From NCBI GenBank assembly GCA_965218425.1, contig OZ244621.1, positions 4,395,498-4,459,497 of the forward strand: a stretch of 64,000 nucleotides of DNA, given 5' to 3'. Numbering within the stretch: the stretch's first letter is position 1; each line of letters opens with the position of its first letter. Positions 10,035 through 20,519 of this stretch are shown piece after piece. Source of the stretch: an uncultured Candidatus Binatia bacterium. GTDB lineage: Bacteria; Desulfobacterota; Binatia; UBA9968; CAXXLF01. Under the pieces are notes generated by a model, which ran no database searches, had not been told where the DNA came from, and saw nothing but the letters and a program-made list of their open reading frames with translations. The translations under genes were made by a program, and so were the position numbers.

Positions 10035-11162
10035 TTAGAGTCGGTAGAGGCTCGCAGCATTTTTCCATAGCACTTTCTCCCGTGTCTCCACCGGGACACC
10101 CTGGAAGCACTGATGGATCGTCTCCTGGGTGTGGGGCCAGGTGGAAGTCGTCAGGGGAACATTGGTGGACCAAAGAATATGCTCCGCACCCACGTGCTGC
10201 ACGAATGGCGCAACCTCGTCGAACCATGATGTGAAGCAGCACTGACGGTGGAACATCTCAGAAGGTTTCAACTCGTAACCCTCAGAGGCCAAGCCGTCAT
10301 GCTCGAACTGATGGTCCGCCCACTCCATGTAGAGCATACCCCAGCTCAGGGCGCTTTCTGCGAGTATTACTTTTAGACGCGGGTGACGTAACAATACTCG
10401 CGAGAAGGAAAACAGAGAGATGACGAATACACTGGAGACCGGCTTGGTCACTGCTTCAAGGGCTTCCGTTAGGGCAGGAGCCAAGCCTGAATAGGGGGTG
10501 TATTGCAGCTCAGGAGACGCCCCTGCGTGGAGGCAAACGGGCACGTTGAGCTCTTCACAGGCCTCCCACACTGGATCGTACTCGGGTCCACTGACATGGG
10601 GGACTCCGCGCAGACTCATGGGTAGTGAAGGAAAGACAACTCCCCTATGCCCCTTGGCGACAGCCCGCTGAATCTCAGCAACGGTGGCCTGGGCCGGCCA
10701 GATGGGCACGATGCACTGTGGGACGAAGCGCTCGCTGGTGGCTGCCCACTCCTCAATCAGCCAATCGTTGTACGCTTGCACACAGGCAAGCTCCAGTTCA
10801 GGGTCCTCCAGACGGCCGAAGGCCTCCCCCGCCAAGCCCGCAACTGTGGGGTAGAGCACTGAATAGTCGACGCCTGATTCGTCCATCAACTTAAGCCGTT
10901 CGGAGGGCACATAGGCTTGTGGTGGCACCTGATCCCAACGGCTTGGCTCATGGTTACGGTCGGCCATCAAGGCACCCGTCCTCGCGGAGTGACCCTCCAC
11001 AAGTACCCGCCCATCCACCACCCACCGCTCGCTACCCTCGGATGTTTGTTCGAGGTGCGGGATACGGTGACCCCATCGGCCCCTGGAGAGACGATCAGCC
11101 CACAAGGTTGGCGGTTCTTGCACGTGGTCGTCAACACTAATCAGGCCGAAATTTATCTGCAT
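10035..11162 (-). CDS. Amidohydrolase-2 family protein (atypical: WSTN in place of WxxD)
   Basis: ISVDDHV, AYNDW, LHAG, AES motifs. Confidence 0.9.
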   Translation of the reverse strand: MQINFGLISVDDHVQEPPTLWADRLSRGRWGHRIPHLEQTSEGSERWVVDGRVLVEGHSARTGALMADRNHEPSRWDQVPPQAYVPSERLKLMDESGVDYSVLYPTVAGLAGEAFGRLEDPELELACVQAYNDWLIEEWAATSERFVPQCIVPIWPAQATVAEIQRAVAKGHRGVVFPSLPMSLRGVPHVSGPEYDPVWEACEELNVPVCLHAGASPELQYTPYSGLAPALTEALEAVTKPVSSVFVISLFSFSRVLLRHPRLKVILAESALSWGMLYMEWADHQFEHDGLASEGYELKPSEMFHRQCCFTSWFDEVAPFVQHVGAEHILWSTNVPLTTSTWPHTQETIHQCFQGVPVETREKVLWKNAASLYRL

Positions 11163-11176
11163 ACAAGCTTACCCCC

Positions 11177-12193
11177 TCAATGCTCTTTCGCCACTACGGC
11201 AGCCTCCATTTGGTAGACGCGCAGCGCGTTCTCGTAGAGCACCTTGCGACGGTCTTCCTGCGGCACCCCCTTCAGTACACGCTCAACCGAATCCCAGGAT
11301 CGCGGATAGAAGGAAGCCACATGCGGGAAATCCGACTCCCACATTATGTTATCGATACCGATAAGGTGTCGGAGCTTAATTCCTTCTACCTCGAACCAGA
11401 AGTTCACGTACATCTGCCTTCGCACCGTTTCGCTCGGACGGCTGGAAATTCCTTCCGTCCATAGATGGCGACACTCCCACTCGTGGTCGCATGCGGCCAG
11501 CACGTAGTTGAATCCCCCAATCCCGGCCTCGGCAAACACGCACTTGAGAAGTGGGAAGCGCTCTGTAACACCGGAAAAGATCAACTGTGGGATGATCTGA
11601 GCCGGTGTTACCGCAGATGTGGCGGTCATTGCCGAGTGGGCCTGCCTCGGCGAGTAACCACTCCACTTTCGCACGGACGCTCCTGCGCGGAGATTTGCTG
11701 AGCCGTGAAAATGAATAGGAAGACCCATTTCCTGGCAAGCACTCCAGATGGGGTCCCAGTAAGGGTCGCTGGTCTGCGCCCACTCGGCGAGGGAGTCATT
11801 GTAGGCTTTCACCACATCGAGCTCGTACTCTTTATCGCCGAACTCGAAGTACGCGCCGCCCGGTGGATTAGGAAAGAGCACTTCCGCATCAACTCCATCA
11901 GTATCCAATGCCCGTAAACGTTCCTTGGGGACATACGCGGTCCGAGGAATATCCTCCCACCGCTGGGGATAGGTGGGAAATGGATCCCCCATCACTGCTG
12001 GGCAATTGCCAACGTTATCGCCGCGGGCGTTGCCATAGACCGCCCAACGGTTAACCTGGCGCCCATCCTTCTCCACCTCCACTACTTGGGGAATCCGGTT
12101 CCCCCACTTTTGCACCGACATCCGGGAGGTAAAAGCGTCACGGTCAAACCCCGCATGGGAGTCCACGCTTATGAGGCCGTAGTTAATTTCCAT
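11177..12193 (-). CDS. Amidohydrolase-2 family protein with an apparent internal in-frame deletion (possible pseudogene)
   Basis: Start MEINYGLISVDSH at 12193, motif WESDFPH. AQTSD runs directly into PYWDPIW, unlike the adjacent paralog. Confidence 0.8.
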   Translation of the reverse strand: MEINYGLISVDSHAGFDRDAFTSRMSVQKWGNRIPQVVEVEKDGRQVNRWAVYGNARGDNVGNCPAVMGDPFPTYPQRWEDIPRTAYVPKERLRALDTDGVDAEVLFPNPPGGAYFEFGDKEYELDVVKAYNDSLAEWAQTSDPYWDPIWSACQEMGLPIHFHGSANLRAGASVRKWSGYSPRQAHSAMTATSAVTPAQIIPQLIFSGVTERFPLLKCVFAEAGIGGFNYVLAACDHEWECRHLWTEGISSRPSETVRRQMYVNFWFEVEGIKLRHLIGIDNIMWESDFPHVASFYPRSWDSVERVLKGVPQEDRRKVLYENALRVYQMEAAVVAKEH

Positions 12194-12331
12194 CTCTGCT
12201 CCAAAACATTTTTTAAAAACCGTGGATCGGACAGCAAAATGCCCAAACAACATACCAAACTTGCGTGTCTTCGCAACCGTAAGCACATACGGAAAAACTT
12301 TTGCCTGCACCTGGTGGTGCACGGGAACAAT

Positions 12332-13504
12332 CTAAACTTTGGACTTGCGCCTGACGGCCCAGGTTCCCAACAGAAAAACCATGGTCGAACCGAGAGGCCC
12401 AATCACAAAGACGCCGCCCAGACTGGTAACCTGTGCAATGAATCCCCCCAGGACCGGACCGAGAATATTGCCCAAGTCACCCGCAGCATTGAAGATCCCC
12501 GTGGCTACTCCACGTGGCACCTTGTGCTCGGGCACCTCCTGTACCAGTCCAACGGTGTTGGCCACGATCACCACGGCACGGGTGAAACCCACCACAACGT
12601 AAACGGCTAAAATCGTACCAAAACCGGTGAACAGTGGGATCAACATAAGAATGGCAGACTGCAATGGCAGCCCAAAGTAAGACAAACCTCGATGCCCCAC
12701 CTTGTCCACCACATGACCACTGATGGGCCGGGTGATGGCATTGCACCCCGCGTAAGCCGCACGCATCACCCCGATCTGCGTAAGACTCATTCCCACAGCC
12801 AACCCGTATAGGGAAATAAACACGCTACTCATCTGATGCAACAAATTGAGGAACATGGCCACAATGACCACAATGGCCAGTTCGGGCTGCAAAATCGCCT
12901 TCAACGTTTCTCTAGAGGTTAGTGTTGAGTGTTCCCGCACCTTGCCACGGTTTTCTCCACTGGAACCACGCAACAACCACAAAAGAGCGACAGGGAGTAA
13001 CGATACCAAAGCCCCTACCTGGAACGTCAACCTGTAACCAAAATGGTCCGCAATAAATCCGCCTAAAAAACCCCCTGTGGAATAACCCACCGCCAGGCTA
13101 CCCACATAATACCCCATGGCGTGGTTGCGGTTCTCGCTCGATGGCAGAGAATCAACGAAAAAGGCCATGTACAATGTCGTTACCGCGCCCAAGGCAAGTC
13201 CGTTGAAAGAATGCACAACGGCAAAGGTTACATCATCCGTAGCGAAGCTATATGAGTAAATGGTCACGCCCACCATCAAGATCGCGCCAGCAATGAGCAT
13301 TCGAGCCCGACGTTGGCTGTAAACCATTCCCACGGGTAACCGTGAAAGCAGGGCGAAGATGGGACCGAGTGAAATCAAGGTGCCGATGGCGGCAACCGGA
13401 ATGGACAACTCTTTAAGGTACGGGGGGATAATCGTCGACGCCATGTTGTTTTGCACCGTAATGGCAACCACAGGAACCAGGAGTTTTAAGGTCTGAAGGT
13501 TCAT
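12332..13504 (-). CDS. MFS transporter
   Basis: 390 aa, about 12 TM segments, GHVVDKVGHR motif. Confidence 0.9.
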   Translation of the reverse strand: MNLQTLKLLVPVVAITVQNNMASTIIPPYLKELSIPVAAIGTLISLGPIFALLSRLPVGMVYSQRRARMLIAGAILMVGVTIYSYSFATDDVTFAVVHSFNGLALGAVTTLYMAFFVDSLPSSENRNHAMGYYVGSLAVGYSTGGFLGGFIADHFGYRLTFQVGALVSLLPVALLWLLRGSSGENRGKVREHSTLTSRETLKAILQPELAIVVIVAMFLNLLHQMSSVFISLYGLAVGMSLTQIGVMRAAYAGCNAITRPISGHVVDKVGHRGLSYFGLPLQSAILMLIPLFTGFGTILAVYVVVGFTRAVVIVANTVGLVQEVPEHKVPRGVATGIFNAAGDLGNILGPVLGGFIAQVTSLGGVFVIGPLGSTMVFLLGTWAVRRKSKV

Positions 13505-13765
13505 TTGGGTTTCGTATCGAAGGTTTCAAACAGAACCGTCAATTTTCTATTGGTAAAGGTATGGCTGCATTGGAAATAGGATGCGGTTAAGTGTAACAGG
13601 CGCTCCATGGTTGTACAAAACGCGCAGCTTGAACTCAGAGGGCTGGTAAAGTCTTGTGCATTGTGGAGGTGGTGAGACGGTTTGCGGCCGGCGCGGGATC
13701 TGCCGTGGCAAGGTCAATCAATCACAGGATCAGTTAAGAATGGAAGGCTATTCACACAGCGCTTT

Positions 13766-14671
13766 TTAGCTATCCACCGCTTCTTCGTAGGAGGCCCCGG
13801 CATTTGTCTTAGTGTCGAATAGATTTCGCGCGCGCATCCAGTTCTGGGTCTTTTCAAAGATTTCTTTAGTGTACGACTGCGGCACCACGCGTTCGCCGAT
13901 CCCGAAACGTCGAACGTCCACTTTGTCGTGAAAGCGCTCAGGGATCTCATTGAGAAAGTAGTGCTTGTATCGCTCCGGTTCCACATCAATGTCGGTTTGT
14001 GCCCAGACCAAGCAACCCATATAGCGCTCTACATTACCTGCATCTGCCTCGCGGGGGAACATAAAGGCCATCATGAACGTCGTGGAGAGGATCCTTCGAA
14101 ATCCATGTTGCTCCAGCAGGTACAATTCCGGTCCCCATACATTCACCGCGGGTGTCTTCCCCGCCAGCGCGGCATCAACCCGAGCCCAGGAGGTGCCAAT
14201 GAATTTAAGCGCAATGTCTTTGGGGGATAAAAAGACCTCCAACGCCTGCAGAGCCGAATAATGGCTCCCTGAATGATAACCCACGGCAACCTCGATTCCC
14301 GCCAGTTCTCCGGGCTCCGAAACCTTTGAATCACCGGGGACCACAATGGCAGATTCGCAAACACTGTATGCCTTCCCCCACATAATTCCTTCTTTAACCT
14401 TCGCAGCCTGGTTAACCGTCCAATGGCAGGCACAGCTTACATCTCCAGCACCTCCACCCTTTCGGCCATGTCCTTCCGCATAGCGTTCAAATGCACCAAA
14501 CAAGTTATCTTTGAGTGGAGTTGACGAATCGACACCGGTGAGCTCGGGAGTGCTTTTACGGCTTCCCTCCACATTGAACGCGTACTCGAGACCCGCGTCA
14601 CGAAAATAGCCTTTTTCGTCCGCAACCCAATCGTTAAGCCTACCATGCGGTTGAATGATAAATTTTGCCAT
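13766..14671 (-). CDS. ABC transporter substrate-binding protein (SsuA/NMT1-like fold)
   Basis: MAKFIIQPHGRLNDWVADEKGYF...VAVGYHSGSHYS. Confidence 0.75.
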   Translation of the reverse strand: MAKFIIQPHGRLNDWVADEKGYFRDAGLEYAFNVEGSRKSTPELTGVDSSTPLKDNLFGAFERYAEGHGRKGGGAGDVSCACHWTVNQAAKVKEGIMWGKAYSVCESAIVVPGDSKVSEPGELAGIEVAVGYHSGSHYSALQALEVFLSPKDIALKFIGTSWARVDAALAGKTPAVNVWGPELYLLEQHGFRRILSTTFMMAFMFPREADAGNVERYMGCLVWAQTDIDVEPERYKHYFLNEIPERFHDKVDVRRFGIGERVVPQSYTKEIFEKTQNWMRARNLFDTKTNAGASYEEAVDS

Positions 14672-14941
14672 GGGAATTGCCCCCATTAAATTTTTATAGC
14701 CGGATGGCACCCCACCTGGTCACTCATCTCCCGCCACCACATTATTGCACTTATCACAACAATGAGCGCGCCAACAATAGCCCGACTTATCAAAACAGGA
14801 CAAGAGCCTCCAGTTAGATAGGCATGAATCCGCCGATTGCTCTCGTGGCGCTCAATTTCCTGTCTCGTAGGCCGGTCTATTGCCCTATCCTAAGAAACCA
14901 TCTGCAGTGAGTGAAGAGTATCAGCCCCTCTATCTGAAATC

Positions 14942-14986
14942 TGGAGCCATCCATCGCAGTCGAACCGGCGGCCTACTGATAATGAG
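14942..14986 (-). other. Degenerate 3' half of a tRNA (Thr-like); possible att remnant
   Basis: Minus strand reads ...ATCAG TAGGCC GCCGG TTCGACT GCGAT GGATGGC TCCA: T-loop, acceptor 3' strand and CCA. Confidence 0.5.
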
Positions 14987-15116
14987 ACGAAAGAAGGTCC
15001 GCACCAGCACCGAGTCGCACCTGGAAATGCGGGATAGAACATATGCGCGAACTTTGCGCCAGAAAGGATTATTGCCAGCGCTGCTTCGAATTGTGGCCAT
15101 CGGCTCTGACCTTCTC

Positions 15117-15161
15117 AACTAAAGGAAGGGGCAACCCGACCAGTTGCCCCTTCCTTTAGTT
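15117..15161. terminator. Perfect 19-bp inverted repeat; probable intrinsic terminator downstream of the RRM gene
   Basis: aactaaaggaaggggcaac-ccgacca-gttgccccttcctttagtt. Confidence 0.8.
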
Positions 15162-15178
15162 ACTTAGGAGTGAGAAAA

Positions 15179-15487
15179 CTACCAGCGATTGCGCTCGCCG
15201 CTTCTGTTTCCACGACCTCCCCCATCATTGTCGCGCTTTACCATAGGTTTAGCCTCATTGACCACCAGGGAACGACTATCCAGCTGGGTGCCGTTCAGGC
15301 CATCGATAGCTTTCTGCGCCTCACCTCCGGAACTCATCTCCACGAAGCCGAAGCCCCGGGACTGGCCGGTCAATTTATCCGTTATTACTCTGGCGGTTTC
15401 TACGGTTCCGTGAGCGGCGAATATTTCCTACAGTTTCCCTTCCGTTACAGAATATGGCAAACCGCCAACATACAATTTATTATTCAT
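15179..15487 (-). pseudogene. RRM RNA-binding protein with a premature TAG at codon 20
   Basis: MNNKLYVGGLPYSVTEGKL*EIFAAHG...SRGFGFVEM...VVNEA plus Gly/Arg tail. TAG at 15428-15430; RBS aggagg. Confidence 0.85.
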
Positions 15488-15521
15488 GTTCTCCTCCTTA
15501 ATGAGAGAATGTTAGTGTCTT

Positions 15522-16722
15522 TGACCTGCTCCCCTTTTTGTCCTCACCTATAAGTTAGTGGTGTTTCGTTGTGGTCCGCTCCGGACCGGGTTGCAAACTC
15601 CATCGGTGTGAGTCCGTTAAGGCTCGTGTGTGGTCTTCTGGCGTTGTAGTCGACCCTCCAGTCTTCGATGATCTCTCGCGCATGGCGGTAGCTGATGAAT
15701 ATGTGCTCGTTCAGGCATTCATCACGCACACGCCCGATGAAGCTCTCCACCAACCCGTTCTGCATGGGCTTGCCCGGAGCGATGTCGTGCCACTCTACCC
15801 GGCGACCCTGCTGCCATCGCAGCATCGCATTCGACGTGAACTCGGTGCCGTTATCGGACACCACTAGGAGGGGATCACCGCGCCGTTGAGCGATGTGGTC
15901 CAGTTCTCGGGCAACCCGCTCTGCGGTGATGGAGTTGTCTACGATGGTGGCCAGGCACTCCCGTGTGAAGTCGTCGATCACGCAGAGCACACGGAAACGC
16001 CGGCTGTCGACCAAGGCGTCGGATGCGAAGTCCACCGACCAGCGCTGATTGGCCCCTTGCGGGATCGTCATCGGCGCCCGGCTCCCAAGCGCCCGCTTGC
16101 GACCGCCCCGTTTGCGCACCGCCAACTTCTCCTCCTTGTAGAGCTGGTAGAGCTTCTTGCGATTCACCACCACGCCTTCCCGCGCCAGCAACAGGTGCAG
16201 GCGCCGATACCCGAAACGACGGCGTTCCGCCGCCAGCTCCCGCAGCTTCTGCCGTAACTCCCCGTCATCCGGTCTCATCGACCGATAACGGTAGACCCGC
16301 GGCTCGATGCCCAACAGACCACAAGCCCGCCGCTGCGAGTCACCCTTTTCCTTCATCGCCCAGTCCACGGCTTCTCTCCTGGACCTGGGCGTCAGAAGTC
16401 TTTTCCCACCATCTCCTTGAGCGTCGATACGTCCAGTATCGCGTCCGCCAAAAGACGCTTCAGCTTGGCGTTCTCCGTCTCCAGGCTCCGAAGCCGTTTC
16501 GCCTCAGACACCTCCAGCCCGCTATACTTCGAGCGCCACTTGTACAACGTCGCGTCACTGACGCCGTGCTTGCGACACAGCTCCGTCGCCCCCAGCCCCG
16601 CCTGGTGCTCCTTCAGAATCCCGACGATCTGTGTTTCGCTGAACCTGCTCTTGCGCATGCGTGCCCCTCCTCTTCGGTCAAAGACTAACCTCTAGGTGAG
16701 GACAATCAAGGGGAGCAGGTCA
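15522..16722 (-). mobile_element. IS3-family element (IS407-like): orfA 16392-16658, orfB 15544-16368
   Basis: TG...CA ends with inverted repeats TGACCTGCTCCCC, 4-bp target duplication TCTT, DDE motifs WSVDF / SDNGTEF / NGLVES. Confidence 0.95.
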
Positions 16723-16900
16723 TCTTTTACCCTGAGAATCTGAATGCTAATGGGGGGAGAACATGGGAGACTCAGCAATGGCAACCACGCTCTGGTCGGT
16801 TCGTCCTTTAGATATCCTATCGCAAGGAAAGACTGATTTAGGCCTTCACCAATGTGCTATCCTCTTTCAAAAGGCCCTATACTGAAGTAGGATCTTGGCA

Positions 16901-17380
16901 CTATTTTTTCCTGTTTCCGGGTAATCCAACCTTTCTCTTCTGGGCGGCTAGCTTTCTGAGTAGACGCTTTCTTTCCTTTAGGCATGAGGGCTGCCCAACC
17001 TTAGCACCTTCCATTTCCAGACTTCCGCAAGCTAAGCAGGACGGACAAATCCATGCGCCGCATTGACAGCGACCCCTTGGCAAGTCCTTCAGGCCAGGCT
17101 TGCTTATAAATGAGCAATGACAACGTGAGCAAACCACCGTTACAACCCCGTCCAGAATCTCCAAATCCTCGGGGGGGGCAACCCGCCGTATGGACTCCCC
17201 CTTAACTGCCACACGATATTGGAATATCTGCTTCGTGTTAGCCATTTGCAGCAACTCTCCTGCCACGGTGAAGCAGGCCTTAATCTCAGTTATGCCGTCT
17301 ATCTGTCCCTCGTAGCCCACCACGTTATGACGTATCAGCGTTCCGTCTTGTAGTTTGAGTGGCTCTGTTCTCTCCGACAT
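16901..17380 (-). CDS. Hypothetical protein with Cys-rich putative Zn-binding C-terminus
   Basis: CSRC...CQC...CPSCLAC...C and a basic tail; RBS gagg. Confidence 0.7.
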   Translation of the reverse strand: MSERTEPLKLQDGTLIRHNVVGYEGQIDGITEIKACFTVAGELLQMANTKQIFQYRVAVKGESIRRVAPPEDLEILDGVVTVVCSRCHCSFISKPGLKDLPRGRCQCGAWICPSCLACGSLEMEGAKVGQPSCLKERKRLLRKLAAQKRKVGLPGNRKK

Positions 17381-17561
17381 GTCAACCTCGCTAAATCAAA
17401 TTTTAAAAAAACCCTGCCCTGTTCAGCTTTCGCCTTTCAAGCAGGGAGTCATTGGGTCTAAAATAACAATGCAATCTGTCCTTCTTAACCTGAATGAGGG
17501 AGCCAAAACGTTTCATTTCCCAATCTCTCTCTCCCTAAACCGCAAGCCTTACCCCTTGACC

Positions 17562-19088
17562 TTAAGTGTTATTTACTGTGCCGGCTCTAAGGGCGGCGAT
17601 TCTCTGCGAATCCCGGAGTTTTTTTAGGGCTGTGGCCTCAATTTGGCGAATTCTTTCCCGGGTGACACCGAAGACCTTCCCCGTCTCCTCGAGCGTATAA
17701 TCCGAATTTTCTCTGATCCCAAAACGCATGCGTATAATCTTTTCTTCCCTAGGGCTGAGAGTTGTCAAGATTCGTTGTGTCTCCGCTTGAAGGTTAAGAT
17801 CCATAATCGTTTTCTCAGGATCAGGAGAATGCTCATCCCTGATGAAGTCCCCTAGACAGCTCTCTGCCTCATTGCCCATGGGCGCTTCGAGAGAGACGGG
17901 TTCTTTTACCAGGTTGAAAATTAACCGCACCTTGTCCACGGGTATTGTCATTGCAGCGGCAATCTCCTCAAGAACGGGCCTACGACCTAATTGGTGATTG
18001 AGGGCACTGACCGTCTTGGTAAATTTGTTAGCGATGTCAACCATATGGACCGGGATGCGAATGGTACGAGAGTAATCAGATAGGGCCCGGGTGATGGCCT
18101 GACGTATCCACCAGCTTGCATAGGTAGAAAATCTAAATCCTAACCGATAATTAAACTTCTCCACGGCCCTCATGAGTCCAATGTTACCTTCCTGGATCAG
18201 ATCGAGTATGTGGAGGCCTCGACCGCAATACTTTTTCGCTATGGTTACTACCAGACGGAGATTGGCCTCGGCGAAGTGATTCTTTGCCCGAGCAGCTTGG
18301 GCTTTTTTCTCAAAGATGGTCCCAACCCTCCGAGCCACTTCCTGCTCAGACATGCCTATTTCCTTTTCTATCGTCCGTATCACGTTTTTTGATTTTGTCT
18401 TTCCCCGGGCTATTCGTTCAAGCCCCTTGAGCCTCTCGTCAGTCTGTTTGTGCTCCTGAATAATAATCTCGATCTGGTAGCGATTGAGTTGAAGGGCTTT
18501 AATAATGGCAGTAATCTTTTCCCTCTGCCGGAGGATTTTTACATCCAGATGCTTTCGACCCAGTTCGCTCGATTGCTTGTCCAGACGTCTCATCATGTCT
18601 TCACACGTCCTGGCCCGATACTCGAGTTTCCTCATTTCAGCCAAAAAGCGAGTTTTAAGGATTTTTTCATGTGCCAAGACGTCCGCCGATGCCTCCCCTG
18701 AATGCTTGACCACATCAAGCACGCTCACCGACCCTTCAGCAATTTGTTTTCCGAGACCGAGCGTCCAACGCATGGTAAAAAGAGAAGATAGGACCGCTTT
18801 GGCAATCTGTGCCTCACACTCCTCGATCTCCTGGGCCAATTTTACTTCTTCTCCATGGCTCAGGAGAGGGACAGATCTTAATTGCTGTAGATAAACAAAG
18901 ACGGGGTCGTTTGAGTTACCTGCGGCATCGTTCTCGAAGTCAGTTTCCGCCTCTCCTTGATCCGACACTTCATCCGCCTGGCTCTCTGGAATGATAGGCA
19001 GTGAATCCTCCATTCCCTCTAGGAAAAGGTTGGGATTCTCCCCTTTAACGGTATCACTCTCAATCATCTTTCGAGCTCGGTCAGACAA
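17562..19088 (-). CDS. RpoD-like sigma-70 factor paralog lacking a clear region 1.1
   Basis: Region 1.2 DPVFVYL, region 2 [17 protein letters not shown]...[13 protein letters not shown], region 4 TLEETG...[10 protein letters not shown]. Confidence 0.9.
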   Translation of the reverse strand: MSDRARKMIESDTVKGENPNLFLEGMEDSLPIIPESQADEVSDQGEAETDFENDAAGNSNDPVFVYLQQLRSVPLLSHGEEVKLAQEIEECEAQIAKAVLSSLFTMRWTLGLGKQIAEGSVSVLDVVKHSGEASADVLAHEKILKTRFLAEMRKLEYRARTCEDMMRRLDKQSSELGRKHLDVKILRQREKITAIIKALQLNRYQIEIIIQEHKQTDERLKGLERIARGKTKSKNVIRTIEKEIGMSEQEVARRVGTIFEKKAQAARAKNHFAEANLRLVVTIAKKYCGRGLHILDLIQEGNIGLMRAVEKFNYRLGFRFSTYASWWIRQAITRALSDYSRTIRIPVHMVDIANKFTKTVSALNHQLGRRPVLEEIAAAMTIPVDKVRLIFNLVKEPVSLEAPMGNEAESCLGDFIRDEHSPDPEKTIMDLNLQAETQRILTTLSPREEKIIRMRFGIRENSDYTLEETGKVFGVTRERIRQIEATALKKLRDSQRIAALRAGTVNNT

Positions 19089-19093
19089 ACCCC

Positions 19094-19384
19094 TTATTGA
19101 CGCCCAGCGGAAGGCAAGAATCTTGCGGAAAGCATCCGGGCAACCGACACTAGAGTCACAGAACCGAGGACCGCCGTAGCATATCTGCTAATCAAGCCGG
19201 TTTCCCCTATACCGGCCCCAAAAATTAGATAGCCGCCAATGGAGGCACCTGCGATTCCGATGATGAAATCCAACCAATAGCCGGCGGAACTACCTAAAGC
19301 TGTTCCATAGCCGTGGTCACCAATTATCTTTCCTGTGAACCAACTGGTAGCCCCTACAGTTAGAACCCAAAGTAATCCGCCCAC
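19094..19384 (-). CDS. GlsB/YeaQ/YmgE-like small membrane protein
   Basis: Three TM segments, [19 protein letters not shown]. Confidence 0.7.
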   Translation of the reverse strand: MGGLLWVLTVGATSWFTGKIIGDHGYGTALGSSAGYWLDFIIGIAGASIGGYLIFGAGIGETGLISRYATAVLGSVTLVSVARMLSARFLPSAGRQ

Positions 19385-19505
19385 AAGAACCTCCTACTAT
19401 TTGCCGTTACGACCAACCTTCCGGGTTAGCTGGTTTAAAGGAGGCTTACTTGAAGAATTTCGAATAACCGAGGTGTGAACCCTGCGTTTGCTATTCAACT
19501 TGTAC

Positions 19506-19589
19506 ACTCTAATCTACTTAACTAATTTTGTCAAGTCAATTCTTTACAGACGGCACAAAAGGTGATATAAATAACCAGATCAGTTAACT
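19506..19589. promoter_or_regulatory. Back-to-back sigma70 promoters with two inverted operator-like boxes
   Basis: Minus strand TTGACA-17-TAGAGT (19534-19506); plus strand TTTACA-17-TATAAA (19543-19571). Boxes ACTTAACTAAT (19516-19526) and ATCAGTTAACT (19579-19589). Confidence 0.6.
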
Positions 19590-19600
19590 CAGGGAAAAAG

Positions 19601-20476
19601 ATGTTAAATATCATAGGCTTAATAAGGCATCGTCTTGAAGAGTTGGGCTATGAGCAGAGGGATTTGGCGGTGGCGGCTGATGTTACCGAGTCTTATATCT
19701 CTCAGTTACTTACCGGCAAGAAAGCTCTACCCGCACCTAATCGGTCGGACATTTATGATAAAATGCAGGCCTTTCTTAAACTCCCTTCGGGAGAGCTAGT
19801 AAAGCTCGCAAATCTGCATCGCAAAGAAGAGATCCAAAGAACAATCGACGAACCGGCTAGACCTTTGTTTCAAGAGATCAGAGAACTGATCCTGCAAAAG
19901 TGCCAACCCGAGAAGGCAAAGCAACTGCTCCCGATTTTTGAGAAGGAACCCTTCGGCGAAATCGAACGGCTTATTACACAAAAACTTTTAGATGTGGCCA
20001 AGGGGATAGCCAAAGAGAAATGGAAGAACGAGAATTGGCTTCGGGTGGTGGCACGGATAAACGACAAAAGCTATGAGGAAATGCGGGTCATCGTCCTGGA
20101 GTTCCTCGATACCGATATTTTCAACCTATCGGTACCGAACTTTATCCACTTCCTGGACCCGCTCATTGAATCCTGGGACGTGGATCTGGTGACTCTAGGA
20201 ATGAAGATTGTTTTGGCTCCTGGATTGGGCCGTGAGCGGATCAAACAGTTTGAGTTTGTCGAAAAACAGTCTGACCCCGAAGCCCGGGAAGAGCCCGGGC
20301 TCAGAGAGTTTCTCCAGGATACCGCCATGAGCGGAAACATATCCCCAGAGGAACTCCACTTTATCAAGCAGCTAACATTTAGATTTAAGGGCAAGAGGCC
20401 CACGGCGCTTTATTTCTACCGGGAACTGCAGAACTTAAGAGACCCCCTCCATTTCCAATCTGAGGTGTCTAGATAA
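19601..20476 (+). CDS. XRE-family HTH transcriptional regulator with a long uncharacterised C-terminal region
   Basis: EQRDLAVAADVTESYISQLLTGK helix-turn-helix. Confidence 0.85.
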   Translation: MLNIIGLIRHRLEELGYEQRDLAVAADVTESYISQLLTGKKALPAPNRSDIYDKMQAFLKLPSGELVKLANLHRKEEIQRTIDEPARPLFQEIRELILQKCQPEKAKQLLPIFEKEPFGEIERLITQKLLDVAKGIAKEKWKNENWLRVVARINDKSYEEMRVIVLEFLDTDIFNLSVPNFIHFLDPLIESWDVDLVTLGMKIVLAPGLGRERIKQFEFVEKQSDPEAREEPGLREFLQDTAMSGNISPEELHFIKQLTFRFKGKRPTALYFYRELQNLRDPLHFQSEVSR

Positions 20477-20519
20477 GGAAAGTGGGGCCCCTGGGAGCCG
20501 GAAAGCTGGAGGTAATTGA

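Noticed and set aside
9536..10038. ORFs across the palindromic element
   Set aside because: Several overlapping low-complexity frames over GC-rich inverted repeats; most likely non-coding.
14880..15122. 80-aa ORF next to the tRNA remnant
   Set aside because: No RBS or recognisable motif, and it overlaps the tRNA-like remnant and the terminator.
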